A program made the position numbers and the translations under genes. Below, in pieces: positions 1 to 13,889 of a DNA stretch of 64,000 bases; position 1 is the stretch's first letter, and every line of letters begins with the position of its first letter. The notes below the pieces were generated by a model that did no database searches, was not told the DNA's origin, and saw only the letters and a program-made list of their open reading frames with translations. Source of the DNA: Isurus oxyrinchus (Eukaryota); NCBI GenBank assembly GCA_026770705.1, contig JANJGN010000392.1:186001-250000 (forward strand), in the 5' to 3' direction.

Positions 1-1830
1 GAGAATCTCGGAATATGACCACCATTGCAAGCACTATTTACAAAGTTTCCCCAGGGATTGTGCCAGCATTTACAGATTATCCCCAGGGAATGTGCCAGCA
101 TTTATTGGGGTTCACTGCGATGTGTGTCAGTATTAATAGGGCGTCACTGGGGAGTCTGTCAGTATTTACAGGAGGTCCATGGGTGTTGTGTCTGTATTTA
201 CCGTTGATCATATGTGTGTGAACACTTATAGGGGCGTCGTTGGAGTGTGTAGAGTTCTCAGTATGTAATCTAATAGTCACATGTAGTATCAAAGAGTTTG
301 GCGTGGTGTAGGTTGGGGGGTGGTGGTGGTTCGGTGTGGCAGCTGACTGTGGTGCATGATCTTGTGAAGTGTCCCTGGCCTTTGCAATGCCTCCCCTGCC
401 TGTGTGTCAGTATGGACAAGGGGTTCTCGACCTGTGTGTCAGTACTTGCAGGAGATCACCAGACAAGTGTCAGTGTTTGCAGTTTTTCCTTGGGCCATAT
501 TATGTATTTCACATGGCTCACTGGGATGTATGTCAGTAACTAACGTGCTGCCTGCTGACTGCTGACTGGTTCAGCAATTATAGGCTGTTCATTGTGAGAT
601 TGTCAGAATTATGAGAATCCCGATTGACACTGTCTTTATTTAGATTTGGACCGGGGAGTACGTTAGTGATTACCCGTATTCCCTTGTGTGTTTGTCAGTT
701 TTTAAAGTTTTTGCCTGGGGCATATGTCAACATTCACACGAGTCCCTGAGTTTGTGTATCAATAACTGCATTTGGTCTCTGGAGAGTGGTCTCCATATTT
801 ATAACGCGATCAATTGTGACTGTTTTTCTAATGGTTGTTGCTCTGTGTTGTTACTCAGTATTTAAAACGGTGTCCCAGGGGAAATGTCAGTATTCGCAGG
901 GCAAAGCAGGGAGCATTTCAATATTTACAACACCTGCCCTGATGAGTGATTTACTATGTTAATGTTATTATTGGGGATTGTGTTAGTATATACAACTTGA
1001 ACAAACTGTGTCATTATTGACAGCGGATATTGATGATTGTGTCAATCTTTAGCAGTTTCCCCAGGGAGTATGTCAGTACTTATCACGTGACCCTGCGGAA
1101 TATGTCATTATTAACAGGGGTTCACTGTGATGTGTCTCATATTCTGTGTATCGCCAATGTGTCAGCATTTGCAGATGATACACAGGTAATGTATCAGCAA
1201 TTACACGGGGTCACTGTGATGTGTCGCAGAATTAACAAGGTTAGCCTGGGGAGTGTTTAAGTATTTATGGAATGACCACGGGGAATATGTCAGTATTTAT
1301 AGTGGAAGAGTGGGGAGTGTCCGTGTATATAGGATGCCCAAGGTGGGTGTCAGTATTCATAGTGAATCTCCATGTGAGTTTTTCAGTATTACCTGGGGTC
1401 CCTGTGGAGTATCTTACATTTTACAGCTGTATGAATGGGGAATCTTCCAGCTTTTATAGTGCGTGTCCCTAGGGTTTGTTAATACCTTTGTGGAACCCTG
1501 GGGATTGTGCCAGCATCTATGGGGGGTCCCCAGATAATTTTGTAGTATTTATTTTGGGTATCTGGTGGATGTGAATTTATTTATAGGTGATCTCTGGTGA
1601 CTGTGCCAGTATTTATTGGGATCTCCGGGAAGTGTGTCAGTATTTGTAAGGGGTCTCCAGGATCTGTGTCAATATTTATAGGTGGTTTCTGGTTACTTTG
1701 CCTGTATGTTAAGAGGGTCTCCGCGCAGTGTGTCAATATTTATAGATGGTATCTGTTGATGGTATCAGTTTTTAATCGGGGATCCGCGAGGAATGTGTCA
1801 CTATTAAAAGGGGGACCTTGGGATGGGGAG
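1..1830. repeat. Degenerate ~32-bp tandem satellite (consensus approx. GGGAGTGTGTCAGTATTTATAGGGGATCCCC), block 1
   Basis: CAGTATTT-like core recurs at 1607, 1638, 1670, 1702, 1734 (31-32 bp period); the whole unit is degenerate. Confidence 0.85.
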
Positions 1831-1950
1831 GTGACTGCCTAGTGTGTTTGTCGCTGGACTGGTAATCCAGAGGTCATATTAATGGTCTGTGGACCCTGGT
1901 TCGAATTCCACCACGGCAGAAGATATCATGGAATGAGAATGAACTGGCCA
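1830..1950 (+). mobile_element. tRNA-derived SINE head (SacSINE1/DeuSINE-like)
   Basis: A-box-like start, 'ctggactggtaatccagag', B-box 'ggttcgaattcc' at ~1898, then 'accacggcag'; resembles shark DeuSINE 5' ends. Confidence 0.6.
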
Positions 1951-2279
1951 AGAAAACCTCCTGCTGATTAACAGGTTACCCCCTTGCTCTGCTGAGAAAT
2001 CACTGCTCCTCCATGTTGAACATCAGTTGGAGGAACCAATGAGTGTGGCAATGATGCAGAATGTACTCTGCGTTGGTGAATTCCATTTCCCATGTAGCAC
2101 CAGTGCTGACCGAGGGCAAACGGACACAGACTGGATCTGCAGCATGTGTTGAGTGAAGCAGCAGCAAGGAAAAATAAATATCTGTCATCAACCTGACTGT
2201 CGCAGTTGCATTTATCCATGACCACGCACTGTCATTCCGGTGACAAAGCACAGCCTTTCCAGTGAGCATTCCCTAAGTT

Positions 2280-3870
2280 GTGTTGTCTGGAACGATGACC
2301 ATGCTAAATAGAATAGATTTTGAGCAGGCCTAGCAATTCAGCACTGGGAGAACATGAGTCTCTGTGGGCCATCAGCAAATAAAGAAATGCACTCAAATAC
2401 AATCTATAACCTTAATGCAGGGCATCTCCCCAACTCTACCGTTATCATCAAGCTTTGTGGTCAACAGTGATTCGAGGAAAAATGCAGGAGGGCATGACAA
2501 GTGCAGCGCCGGACATTGCGAAAAATGTGACAATTTTCGTCCAAGCAGTCTAACCTCCGTCATCAGTAACGTGATTCAGGGGGTCATCAACAGTGCCAAG
2601 AGCTTTGCAAAAACCTGCTCACTGACGTCCAGTTTTGTTTCCACCACGGTCACTCAGCTCCTGACTTCACTACAGCCTTGGCAGTAACATGGAGAACAGT
2701 GCTGAACACACTAGGTGATGTGAGAGGGACTGCGCTTGATATAAAGGTTGCATTTGACTGAGTGCAGCATCAAGGGGCCTTAGCAAGCCTGGAGTCATTA
2801 GCAAAAAGAGTCAACCTGGCAAAAAGGAAGGTGCTTGTGGTGTTTGGTGCTCAGTCACCTCAGCAGCAGGATATAGCAACAGGAGCTTCTCAGGGTAGTG
2901 TCATGTGCCCATGCATCTACAACTGCTTCACCAATGACAATCAGTCCATGAGAAGGTCAGAAGTACTGAAGTTCAATGATTATTGCACAATCTTCATCAC
3001 CATCCGTGACTCCTCAGCTGCTGAAGCAGTCCGTGTCCAAATGCAGCAGGACGTGGAGAATGTCGAGGCTTAGGCTGACTACTGACATTCGAGCCACACA
3101 AGGGCCAATAACCAACTGCAGCAAGAGAGAATGCTAATATTTCTGCTGGATGTTCGGTGGCATTTCAATCAACAAACCCCCAACTATCTACAATTTGGGT
3201 TTTACCGTTGACCAGAAACTGAACTGGAATGGCCATATAAATACTGTAGCTTTAAGAGCAGGTCAATGCTAAGAATACTCCAATGAGTAACTCACCTACT
3301 GTTTCCCTAAAGACTGTCATCCAACTACAGGTTATATGCTAGAAGTTTGATGGATACTCCGCACCTGCCTGGGTGAATGCAGATCTCACATCACTCATGG
3401 TGCTTGATACCACCTAAGATAAATAACAGTCCAGCTGATGGGCACGAAGCCAGCAAACAATTAGACCCTCCATCACCAATGCAGGGTAGAATCAATTTGT
3501 TCTGTCAACAAGATGTCATGCATCAATTCGCCAAAGCCCCTTCAACAGCACCTTACAAACACTTGACCCCTACCAACTGGAATGACACGTGCAGTAAGTA
3601 GATTGGAATACAACCAGCTGGATGTTTCCCCTCCCCACTCCAATTCACTCACTATCCTAACTTGGAAATGTGGCACCGTTCCTTTGCTCTTGCAGGTTAA
3701 TAACCTATAATTCCCTGCCGAACAGCACTGTGCTTGTACCTACTCCATCTAGGCTTCAGCGGTTTAGGAAGGCAACTTAACAGCATTTTGTCAAGGGCAG
3801 CCATGGTTGGGCAATGAATGGAGTCTCAGAGAGCAAAGCAAACATTCCATGAATGAATTAAAAACATTAA
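2280..3870 (+). mobile_element. Decayed non-LTR retrotransposon (CR1/L2 group), RT to 3' end
   Basis: RT remnants ALDIKVAFD..HQGAL, GASQGSVMCPCIYNCFTND, KFNDYCT (FADD equivalent); 3' tail 'cattccatgaatgaattaaaaa'; related 3' end at 55150-55415. Confidence 0.8.
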
Positions 3871-3889
3871 TTATGATGCGGAGCCTTGA

Positions 3890-4815
3890 AAATTTGTCAG
3901 CTTTTAAAGGGGCGCTGTGGGGTTTTGGTGTGTTATCAGGGCTCTCTGGGGCGTGTGTAGGTATTTTAGGGAGTTCCTGGGGCTTGCGTCATGTATTTGA
4001 AGCGGGGCACTGGGCAGTTTTTCGGTGAATATAGGGATCACCGGAGTGCTTGTCACTATTTATGGAAATCCGGATAGTAAATCGGTATATATAGGGGATC
4101 CCTGGGTTATGTTTCAGTATAATTTAGGGATTACCCTGGACAGTATCAGTGTTTAGAGGAGTTCCCGTGGACTGTGCTTGAAGTTCCATTGTGCTTCCCA
4201 GGACAGTGCAATTAGGTGGAGATTTGCTTCCACTATTGAGTCAGTGTTTGCGAGAATACACAGGGAGGTGAGAGAGTTTTTGCAGGGTGTCACGTGGTAT
4301 GCCTGAACATTTACATTGTACTCCAGGAAGTATGTCATTATTTAGAGGGGTCACCGTGCAGATTTACTGCATCTAGAGAGTGTTGCTATTCGTAGTTACA
4401 GGGGGTAATAGATTAGAAAGCAACTGTTTATGAAATCAAAACAGGGAGTGAGTTAGCATTCAATGTGTAGAATGGGGAACAGGAATTGAGTCCATATTTC
4501 CTTGTGGACTGTGAGAAGTGTGTCAGTATTTCGTGAGGTCTCTGGGGAGAATGTCCGTATTTCATTTGGATCCTTGGGGAGAGTGTCAATATGACCAATG
4601 GGCCCCTCGGGGAGCATAGTTACCTGCCGCGGGTCACTGTATAGTGTGTGATTATCTCTTGGGTGTCCCTCGGGAGTGACTCTGTATTTCCTGGTTATCC
4701 CTGTGGAGTGTGTCCTGATTTGCAGCAGGCACCTGGAGTATGTGTCTGTAATTGTTGGGGAAACCTGTGGAGAGCATTGTGATATATTTCGGGTTCCTGT
4801 GGAGCGTCCTAGTAC
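3890..4815. repeat. Degenerate 32-bp satellite, block 2
   Basis: Same GAGTGTGTCAGTATTT..GGGATCCC motif family as block 1. Confidence 0.75.
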
Positions 4816-4817
4816 GT

Positions 4818-7800
4818 TACAGAATCACAGCGTGCAGAAGAGGCCCTTTGGTCCATCGACTCTGCACCATCATGTGGGAAATACTTGACCTACCTACTTA
4901 ATCTCGTTTACCAAAAGTTGGTCCATAGCCTTGAATACTATGATGTGCCAAGTGATTATCCACGTACTTTTGAAAATATGTGAGACAACCTCTGCCTCTA
5001 CCTACCTCCCAGGCAGAACTTTCCAGACAGTCACCAGCCTCTGGATAAAAAGTTTTTTCCTCACATCCCCCTAAACATCCTGCCTCTCACCAATAATATA
5101 TGCCCCCTTTTGAGTGACCCTTCAAACAAGAAGAACTGCTGCTCCCTATCCACCCTGCCGATGCCCCTCATAATCTTCTGCACCTCGATCAATTCGCACC
5201 TCAACCTATTCTGTTTTAACGGAAACAACCAAAGTCTGCACTGCCTCCCTTCGTAGCTTAAATGTTTCATTCAAGGAACATTCTGATGAAGCTCCTGTAC
5301 AGCCACCAGGGCAATCTTTTTTATTATAATATGACCAGAACTGCACACAGTACTCCAGCTGTGACCTCACCATGTTTCTTCAACTCCAACGTGAGATCTA
5401 TGGGCACACACACTAAGGTCCATTTGTGCCTCAGAACTTCCTAGTGTAATGCTGTTCATTGAATACTTCCTTCTCAAATTATTCATTCCAAAGTGGAGAA
5501 CCTGAAACATTTCAGGGTCCAATTCCATATGCCACTTAGCTTCCCAATCCCCATTCCGTCTCTATCTTCCTGCAGCTTGGGAATCTCAACCTCACTGTTA
5601 ACCAACCAGAGAATCGTTGTGTCATCCAAAAAACTTTTTAATGCTACTACCCACATAGACATATTGCTTATATAAATGAAGAATAATAGGGGTCGCAGCC
5701 CAGCTCCCTGTGGTATGGCAAGGAAACTGGTTTGTAATCACTAAAGCATCCTATTGTCATCACCCTTTGTCTCTTTAACCTAAGCCAATTTTGTATCCGC
5801 GTCATCAAATTACCCTGTATCCCTTCTGCAGCGGTCTTCTTTTTTAAGTCTCCCATGTCGGACCTTTCACAGTCTTTGCTGAAAAATGTATAAAATACAT
5901 GAACTGCACTAAGATCATCTGCACACCTGGTCACCTCCTCAAATATTTCAATTAAATATAATGTCATGACTTCCCTCTGACAAAGCCAAGGTAAGTACCC
6001 CTGATCAAACATTGCGTTTCCCAGTGGAGATAGATTTTCCTTCAGCATTTTCTCCAATAGTTTCCCTAACACTGACTTGAGATCTAATGGCCTGTAGGTC
6101 CGTAGCTTATCTGTGCAAAACTTCATAAATAACAGAACCACGTTGGTATTTATTCAGTCTCCGCCCACGTCACCTGTGACCAGAGAGGAATAAGAAATTT
6201 GGGTCTGAGCCCCTGCTATCTCCTTCCTTGCCTCCCTCAGCAGTATGGGACACAAATCAGCTGGATGTGGAGATTTGTCCTCATACAAGCCTGCCACAAA
6301 CTCCAATACAGTTTTAGTCCCAATGTAAAATTGTTTCAGTGTCTCGCAGCTGCTCTCCCTGACTTCGAAACATCATCCTCATTCTCTTGGGTGAAGACAA
6401 ATGTGAAGTAATTGTTCAAAACATTAATGATGTCCTTTGAGTCCACCCAGAGATTCTCACCTTGGTAACAAATGGGCCCTTCTCTTTCCCTGGTTTTCCT
6501 CCTCAGATTGATATACATATGGAATATCTTGAGTTTTCCGCTACTTTTGCCAGCCAGAGAATTCTCATATTCCCACTTTACTCTCCGAATTGTTTTCTTT
6601 AGTTATAACCTGCAATTTCTGTACGTCAATAAATTATCCGCTGTTTAACTCGCCGTGTGCCAGCCAAAAGCCTCTCTTTTCCATCTCATTGTATTCTGAA
6701 TATCTCTGGTCAACATTGGTTGTCAGGGTTTGATAATAGTTCCTGTCACCCGAAACAGAAACGCTTCATAATCTGCCCTCCCCATTTCCTTTATGAATGC
6801 CCCCCATTGACTTTCTGTAGATTTCCCCACAAGAATCTGTTCTCAATCTATCTTGGCCACATTCAGCCTTATTTTACTAAAATTCGCTCTCCCCTAGACC
6901 AAAATATATATTTTTTGCAACCTATCCATTTCTATATCCAAATCAAGCTTAATTTATGGCATTGTTTGGTCACTATTACGAAAATGCTCCTCCGCCAACA
7001 CCTCAGCCACTTTTCCGGATTCAATCACCTGTTGGACCATTTAGATAAATTGTTGTCTTCTGCAAATTTCAAGCAATTCACTCGTTTCAAGCCCTTAAAA
7101 CTATATGGACCCCAATTAATGTAGGGAAGGCTGAAATCACAGAGTCACAGATTCACAGGTTCAGAGAGAGAATTACAGAATTAAAGTGCAGTAAAGGCCC
7201 TTCGGCTTATTGAGTCTGCAGCAAAACGTGAGGGATACCTGCACTACTTACTTAATCCCATTTACCAGCACTTGGCCCAATAGCCTTGAATGTTATGACG
7301 TACCAAGTTCTCATCCAGGTGTTTTTTAAAGGATGTGAGGCATCCTGCTATCAAACACCCTCCCAAGCAGGCCATTCCAGAACTTTACCTCCTTCTGAGT
7401 AAAAAGGTATTTCCTCACAACCCAATAAGCCTCCAGCCCCTTTCCTTGAACCTATGCTCCCTTGTGTTTGACCATTCAGCTAAGGGGAACAGCTGCTCCC
7501 TATCCACCCTGTCCATGCCGAGCGTAGTCTTGTTAAAGTCGATCAGGTCGCCCATCAGCTTCTCTGCTCCAATGAAAACAACCCAAGAAAGCAACATCTC
7601 TTCATAACTTAAATGATTAATCCCAGGGAACATTGTCTGAATCTCCACTGCACCCACTCCAGTGTAATCGTATCCTTCCTCTAATGTGGCGACCTGAACG
7701 GCACACAGCACTCCAGCTATTGCCTCACCAAGGTTCTATACAACTCCACCATTACCTCCCAACTTTTGTAACGTAACCTCCCTACTTTTGTAATCAACAA

Positions 7801-8210
7801 ATATAATTACACTATGTTATTTTTCCTATGCACCACCACAAATTGTGCACATTTTTGCTCCTCAATATTCCACTTTCTATCTGGGTGCCAATCTAACAAT
7901 GTGGCTGCACCTTTTTTATTCCTACGCACTACCCACAAAGCTTCATTCGATGCCTCCTTCAAAATATCATCTGTCCATATTGCAGTAACTGACTACTTCA
8001 GTACTAATGAAATGACTCCTCCTCTTTACTCCTGCCCCTTTCTCGTCTGAGGATCCAATATCTTAGAATTTTGAGTTGCCACTCCTGTCCCTTCCTCAAC
8101 CACGTTTCTGTGACGGATACTATATATCAATTTCAAGATTCAATTCTTATGTTTAACTCAACCGTTTCAACTGTAATGCTCCTGACATTAAATGAGAGGT
8201 CATTCTTTAT
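4818..8210 (-). mobile_element. Decayed CR1 LINE (ORF2 EN-RT-3' end), interrupted at ~7140-7770 by a nested CR1 3' fragment
   Basis: Minus ORFs: YRPLDLKSVLGKLLEKM..., NLMTRIQNWL, VLNNYFTFVFTQE, LRCELIEVQKIMRGIGRVD; 3' UTR at 4818-4960; sequence resumes at ~7790 after the insert. Confidence 0.9.
7140..7770 (-). mobile_element. Nested 5'-truncated CR1 3' fragment
   Basis: Second copy of the 4818-5390 3' end (LSYEE..LMGDLID..GMDRVDREQLFPL); acaga-type microsatellite tail at 7140-7180. Confidence 0.85.
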
Positions 8211-8289
8211 CCCCTGCAAGTTAATGCAGCTGTACACCCTCTGAAGTGAATAACATCCAAGCAGCCCCTCACTGTTTAATTCGGACCAC

Positions 8290-10100
8290 CGGTGAAGGGT
8301 CTCAGTGTTTGTTGGTGATCGCGGGGCAGGTCATCTGTATTTATAGTGGTCGCCGGGTTCAGTGGCGGGGGGAATGAGCAGGTCATCAGTATTTATAGTG
8401 GTCATCAGGGTGCTTGTCAGTATTAAAATGCAATCTCCTGTGAGTGCTAGGGAATTTAAAGGCCATTTCCCAGAAGTTTCTCAGTATGAATAGTTGATTA
8501 CTTGGTGCATCTCAGTAGTTACCTGTCTCACCGAGGTGTGTCTGAACATTAAATTTTGATCCCCAGTCTGCGTCTCTCTATTTATGTGGGACCGCGGAAT
8601 GTGCCTCAGTATTTACAGGGATCCCCGGGGTGTGCATCAGCATTAATCATGGATCCACGGGCAGATTCTCAATATTTGTATGCAATCCCCAGGCTGTATG
8701 TCAGTGTTTATTGGGGATCCTCTGGGCGTGTCTCTTTTTTATATTAGTTCCCCGAGCAATATCTTAGTATATGAACAAGACACCCTTGGTTAACCCAGTA
8801 TTTTAGGCGATCCACAGGGAGTGTTTCTCTTTTTCATAATTGATCCCGGGGTTTGTCTCAGTGTTTAAAATGTTTTCTGGGCAGTGTGTCTGCACGCACA
8901 GGGGATTCTACACGGACTGTATTAGTGTTTATAGGTGATATCGGCGGACTGTGTCACTATTTTTAGGGGTCTATTGGGCTTCTCCAAGGATTTTTGCAGT
9001 GTTTTCAATGGATCACTGGCGAGCTTATCAGTATTTCTGTGCAATCTCTGGTGAGTGCCTCAGTATTTATGGGAGGTCCCCAATGAGTGTTGAAGTATTT
9101 ACAGATAATACAGTAAAGTGTCTCAATAATAATAGAGGATACTCGGAAAAAATATCTAGTATGTACTGAAAATCAATGTGGTTGGCGTCAACATTTATAG
9201 GAGTCCTCGGCGAGTATCTGAGTATGTATAATTGATCCTCGGTAGTGTCTCAGTTTATACTGTGGATCCTGTGTGATTTCATCATTGTTTAAAGTTAATT
9301 CCTGGATAGCATCTGGGCATTGATAGTATTTCTCAGGGTACAGTGTTAGTATTTGTTGGCAATCCAGGGAGAATGTCTGTGTATTAAAATGTGATCGCCA
9401 GGGTGCATATGATTATATACAGGGTTCCTCTGGGAGTGTATTTCTATTTAAAAGGGGCTGCCTCAGCATTTTGCATGGAACCACACAGAGCATGTCAAAA
9501 CTTATAGGGGAGCAGTATCTTTATTCATATGCTATCCTTGGGGAGTGATACAGTGTTTACGGCTGATCCCCAGGAAACGTGGTGTATTTATAGGTGTCCC
9601 CGGGGATTTTATCAGAATTAATAAGGTATCCTCTTGGACCATGCCATATTTTAAAGGTGATCTCTTCAGAGTTTGGCAGCATTTAAAAGGTTTGCCCGGC
9701 GAATGCCTCAGTTCCTATTAGTTGTGTCAGGGCAGTTTGTCAGTGTTTGTAGCGCTTCCCTGTGAAACGTTTTAGTAGTTATAGGGAATCGGCGGGGTGT
9801 ACTCAGTATTTACTGGAGAACCCCATGCAATGTGATCATATTTCTACGGATTCCCAGCAGTGTGCCTCAGCATTTGTAGCGGGTTCCAGGGGAGTGAGTC
9901 GCTATTTATAGTGGAAAACCTGGGAATGGGTCAGTGTCCATAGGGGATTTCGCAAATTGTCTTATACTGCATACTGGATCCTCGGGGAGTGCTGCATTAT
10001 TCATAGGGGATCACCTGAGAAGGTATTAGCATTTATAGGGGATCCCCGGGGAGTGTTTAAGTTTTTAAACATTATCCCCTTCGAGTGTCTCAGTGTACAT
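8290..10100. repeat. Degenerate 32-bp satellite, block 3
   Basis: GAGTGT at 10051 and 10083 (32 bp apart); repeated GGGGATCCCC dyad. Confidence 0.85.
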
Positions 10101-10189
10101 AGGAAGAAGCAGAGGTTTGCGATGTAAATAGGCTTAAAATGCACTTTGAGAGGGAGCATGAACAACATTATATATTAATGCTGGTAGAT

Positions 10190-11330
10190 TAAAATGAAGA
10201 AGTAGAAATGAAGCCTTTTGAAATTAATTATCCACTAAGCAAATTGGATAATGAGGGGTGAATTGAAAATGTGTAGGTAATATTGAGTTAACTTACAGAG
10301 AACTGTCAGAGTGATTTGGCAATACGATGGCAGTCAGGCAAATCTATTTGTGGGATTCAACATCGAGAACACATTTAGCTAAATGTGATGCCTGTGTAGA
10401 AGGTCCAACTTGAATAACGCCTGATATATTAAATCTGATAGCATTATCACAAGTACTGAAATAAATTGAAATCATATTTTAAATTGACATAATTGAGTCC
10501 AGTCACAGTAAGTGGAATTACTCAATGGTAATGGTACTGAAAACAGTGGAAAACACAGGCTGTGGGCTGATTATTCAAACGTAAATGCAGCGGATTCAAA
10601 TCTGAAACCAGGGTTGGAAGTTTGAATTAACAAAGTGGGACAAATACAAGTGATCACCAATTAACTTACTGACGGGATATTGGCACGAAACATTATCTGA
10701 GAAAGCCAAGCAGATATTGGCTTTTGTGACGCGAAATAGACTATATCTCTTTAAAGTCAGGCCATTTGGAGTGATAATATTGCACTTGCAACATTTCAAA
10801 GACTGACAAACAAAATAATTGCAGGACTGAGCAATTGTCCCTTTTGTAGAGGCAACTCGGTAGTTTCCAGTCAAGTGTGGTAGGACCATTTAGAGCATCT
10901 GGATGAATTATCAAGTCGAATTCAATGAGCTAATTTGATCATGAAATTGGCTGAATGTGACCTTGCAAAAGTGCAAGTCACATACCTAGGCTATGGCATT
11001 GGGCGTGGTAAGATGGCTCAGAGAGATGTTGCAGGTCTGTAACAAAAACGAATAGTTTTGGGAATCCTGAGCATGAGTGGGTTTCACCTGAATTTCTTCA
11101 TCAAGTTTTAGCAGTGTGGTTGCTCCATTGATTTACCTATTAACAAACAACAGAAAGATTTATTAGACACTGGAGAGCCAGAAGTCAATTCAAAGTGAGA
11201 AAACTGTGTTAACTACCGCACCAATTCTGGCTGTAGTTAATTATGCCAAGCAACTTAGTTTGATTTTTCACGCAAACAAGAAAGGCATTAGGGCTGTCCA
11301 TTTACAAGAAAATGAAACTCAAAGGCGGAA
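10190..11330 (+). mobile_element. Ty3/Gypsy pol (RT-RNaseH) relic
   Basis: From ~10491 reads IESSHSKWNYSMVMVLK..GKHRLWADYSNVNA (Gypsy IEPS.S.WSSP.V.V.K..G..RLC.DYRK.N); later PFG..., V.YLGY.IG and TTAPILA motifs; many stops and frameshifts. Confidence 0.75.
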
Positions 11331-11359
11331 TGGTTGAAATATTGGGAGGGAGTAAGTAA

Positions 11360-11760
11360 AGTGCCTTATATTACTAAAATCCAGTCTGCACCATGCCAAA
11401 ACATTTTTTGCAACCAGTCTATTTCTTTGACCAAAACAAACTTCAACTGTACCATGTTGTGCTCACTATCACTAAAATGCTCAACAGCTACAACCTCAAC
11501 GAGCTATCCGGCTGTGTTCCCTAAAGTTTGATCTAGCACTGCTTCCTCCTTTGTTGGACCCTTTATATATTGACCTTCAAGTTCTCCTGGACACATTTCA
11601 AGAAATCCACTACATCAAACCCTCAACACAATTTCAATCCAAATTACTTCTTAAAAGTTGAAATCAAGAAATGTAATTAACCTATTTGCATTGCTTTTAC
11701 ACAGCTCTGGAAATTGTGGACACATTTGCTCTACAATTTCCCGCTGACTCTCTCTGATTA
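11360..11760 (-). mobile_element. CR1 fragment (endonuclease region)
   Basis: Similar to the CR1 segments at ~6880-7140 and ~22900-23200. Confidence 0.6.
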
Positions 11761-12469
11761 GAGAGAAAAATATGAAAACTCCTAACACTTCAGCCCTCCC
11801 ATTGGCTGGGCTGTCTGTTCACGATTGATATCCCTCGCTTATTGCACAGATAATAACCACCTCTGACCATTTCTATCCTCCCATTTGCCGGTCATCTCCT
11901 GGTCATGGATAGGACTTGCTAACTTGGCATAAAAACACACACTATAAAGTGACTGTCCCCTCACCCCCTTACCCTCCCCCTTCAAAGTACCCACCAAATT
12001 TGCCGGACAGCCTTCCATCATCAACATCGGTCAGTGATTTTACATGATAACCACGTCTGAAGAACCCATAGCCCAAGTGCATTGACTTCCTTTCCGTCAC
12101 CTTGATCCCACAGATTGACTGCATAGGAAAAAAGCCGACCCCTAGCAGCTCTGTCGATCAATTGACTGTGTTGCTAGTCCATCATTGTTATCAGTCTCTG
12201 ATGGAACACATATGACCAACTCGTGACAGGTCTGCACGCGCATTGGCCAAGCTCCCTCTCCATCACCGCGATATCTCACATTGATTGGAGGAGGATCCTT
12301 CTATCAGAAAATGGGAAGAAAATACCCAGAGAGCACGGCAGGGGGGGGTGGGGGGGGGGGGGGGGGGGTGAATGGTGGAAGGATTTCAGGTCATAAAGAG
12401 AAAGCGAGTTGGAGGGTAAGAGTTCGGCGACAAACCCACGGTCAACATTGGGGGTTAAAGAGGATTTTG

Positions 12470-12935
12470 GTGAGACAGAGATAAATTGGAACACAGTCAA
12501 AGAAGGAGAGATAGCAGAGTAGGAGGGAAGAATTGAAAGACAGATAGAGGCGGAGAGAGAAACATACAGAGAGATTTAGAGAAACAGAAAGCTGGAGGGA
12601 GGAAGGTAGTGCGACAAAGAGAGATGGAGAGAGTGAGACAGAGTGGGAGAGAGAGACAGAATGAGGGAGCGAGCAAGACAGAAATATATAGCCAGGTGGA
12701 ACACAAGAGAGAGCGAGAGAGATGTAGAAATATAAGGAGCCGGGGCAGTTAAAGAGGGGGAAGACAGAGCGAGAAAGAGTGAAATAGTTCGAGGGACAAG
12801 GACAGTCACATAAAGTGAAATGGAGTGAGAAAGGAAGAGAAGGAAATTGAGAGATTGGAAGTGATGGTGAGATAGAGGTAAATAGAGTAGAGCAAGAAAC
12901 ACTGAGCCCGAGTTAGAGATAGCGAGATGGAGAAT
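12470..12935 (+). repeat. Purine-rich (GA) low-complexity tract
   Basis: Direct composition; preceded by a near-pure G run at 12341-12368. Confidence 0.9.
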
Positions 12936-13151
12936 CTCATACTCACAAGCAAATGTACAGAGAAATATTATTTTTGTTTAATTGTTGACGCCTGAATTTA
13001 TGGCTCATACTTAGCATTTGTCTTTCTCCTTCTCTACACCCATGCACCCCGCCACCACAACCCCCCACCCCCCGCCCCCACCCACACATTTTATTACGGT
13101 ACATCCTCCATTCGTTTGTTTCAAGGCTCATTAATTCCAACAACTCTGGGT

Positions 13152-13883
13152 TGTTATGACTAATGCAGCTGGTACAGCCAGTTTATTTTAAAATCCCCGA
13201 GGGAAACAGTAAACGACTGTCATAACCTGTACGTTTAAGTGTTATGTTTGATGAGTGATTCTACTTTCAGCAAAAGGACAACCAGTTCTCGAGATTTTAC
13301 TTTAAGTCAAATGCAGCATTTTATTAATATACTCAGGTTAAATTATTTATGCACATGGCTACAAATTACTACTATCATTACTGTTAACAAATTCTCAAAC
13401 TAAACTCTATTAAGGCAACAGCGAGTGACCCACAGATTTAATCAAAACCATTCGCAGCATTTTTAACTCACATTCAAAATAAGTTTGCTTTCAATTTCGT
13501 TCCTGTGGCGACAGTTGGATGCTTCGAGCTGCCTTTTGATCTAACATTCTCCCTGCCCTGAACACACAAAAGTTCTGAATGTATATCTACCAGCCCCATG
13601 GAATGTAAATTCTCCTCAAATCCCAAAAGTCTGAACGAAACCACTCTAACAATAACACCCCTTTCATCGCATCTATTTTAATATTAATGCAAAAATATGG
13701 TTTGTTATCTGCTAGATGGGCGTTAGCATTCGCCCCTCTTCTTGAATACTATATTCAAAAGATGCAAATCAAAACACCCTAACTAACAGGCTTTAACCAA
13801 GTCCGGACACGTCCACAGATTAAAGACCAATTTTAAAACAAAAATATGACCTATGATATTGTTGATAGTAATAGATTCATGCA
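13152..13883. mobile_element. Candidate solo LTR (Gypsy-type)
   Basis: Starts TGTTATGA and ends TCATGCA (imperfect terminal inverted repeat); no clean TSD. Confidence 0.35.
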
Positions 13884-13889
13884 CTGGCG

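Noticed and set aside
1830-1920. tRNA gene
   Set aside because: A/B-box-like motifs are present but no cloverleaf; continues into SINE body sequence
1-10100. CRISPR-like periodic repeat
   Set aside because: Units are contiguous 32-mers degenerate along their whole length with no unique spacers; eukaryotic context; no cas genes
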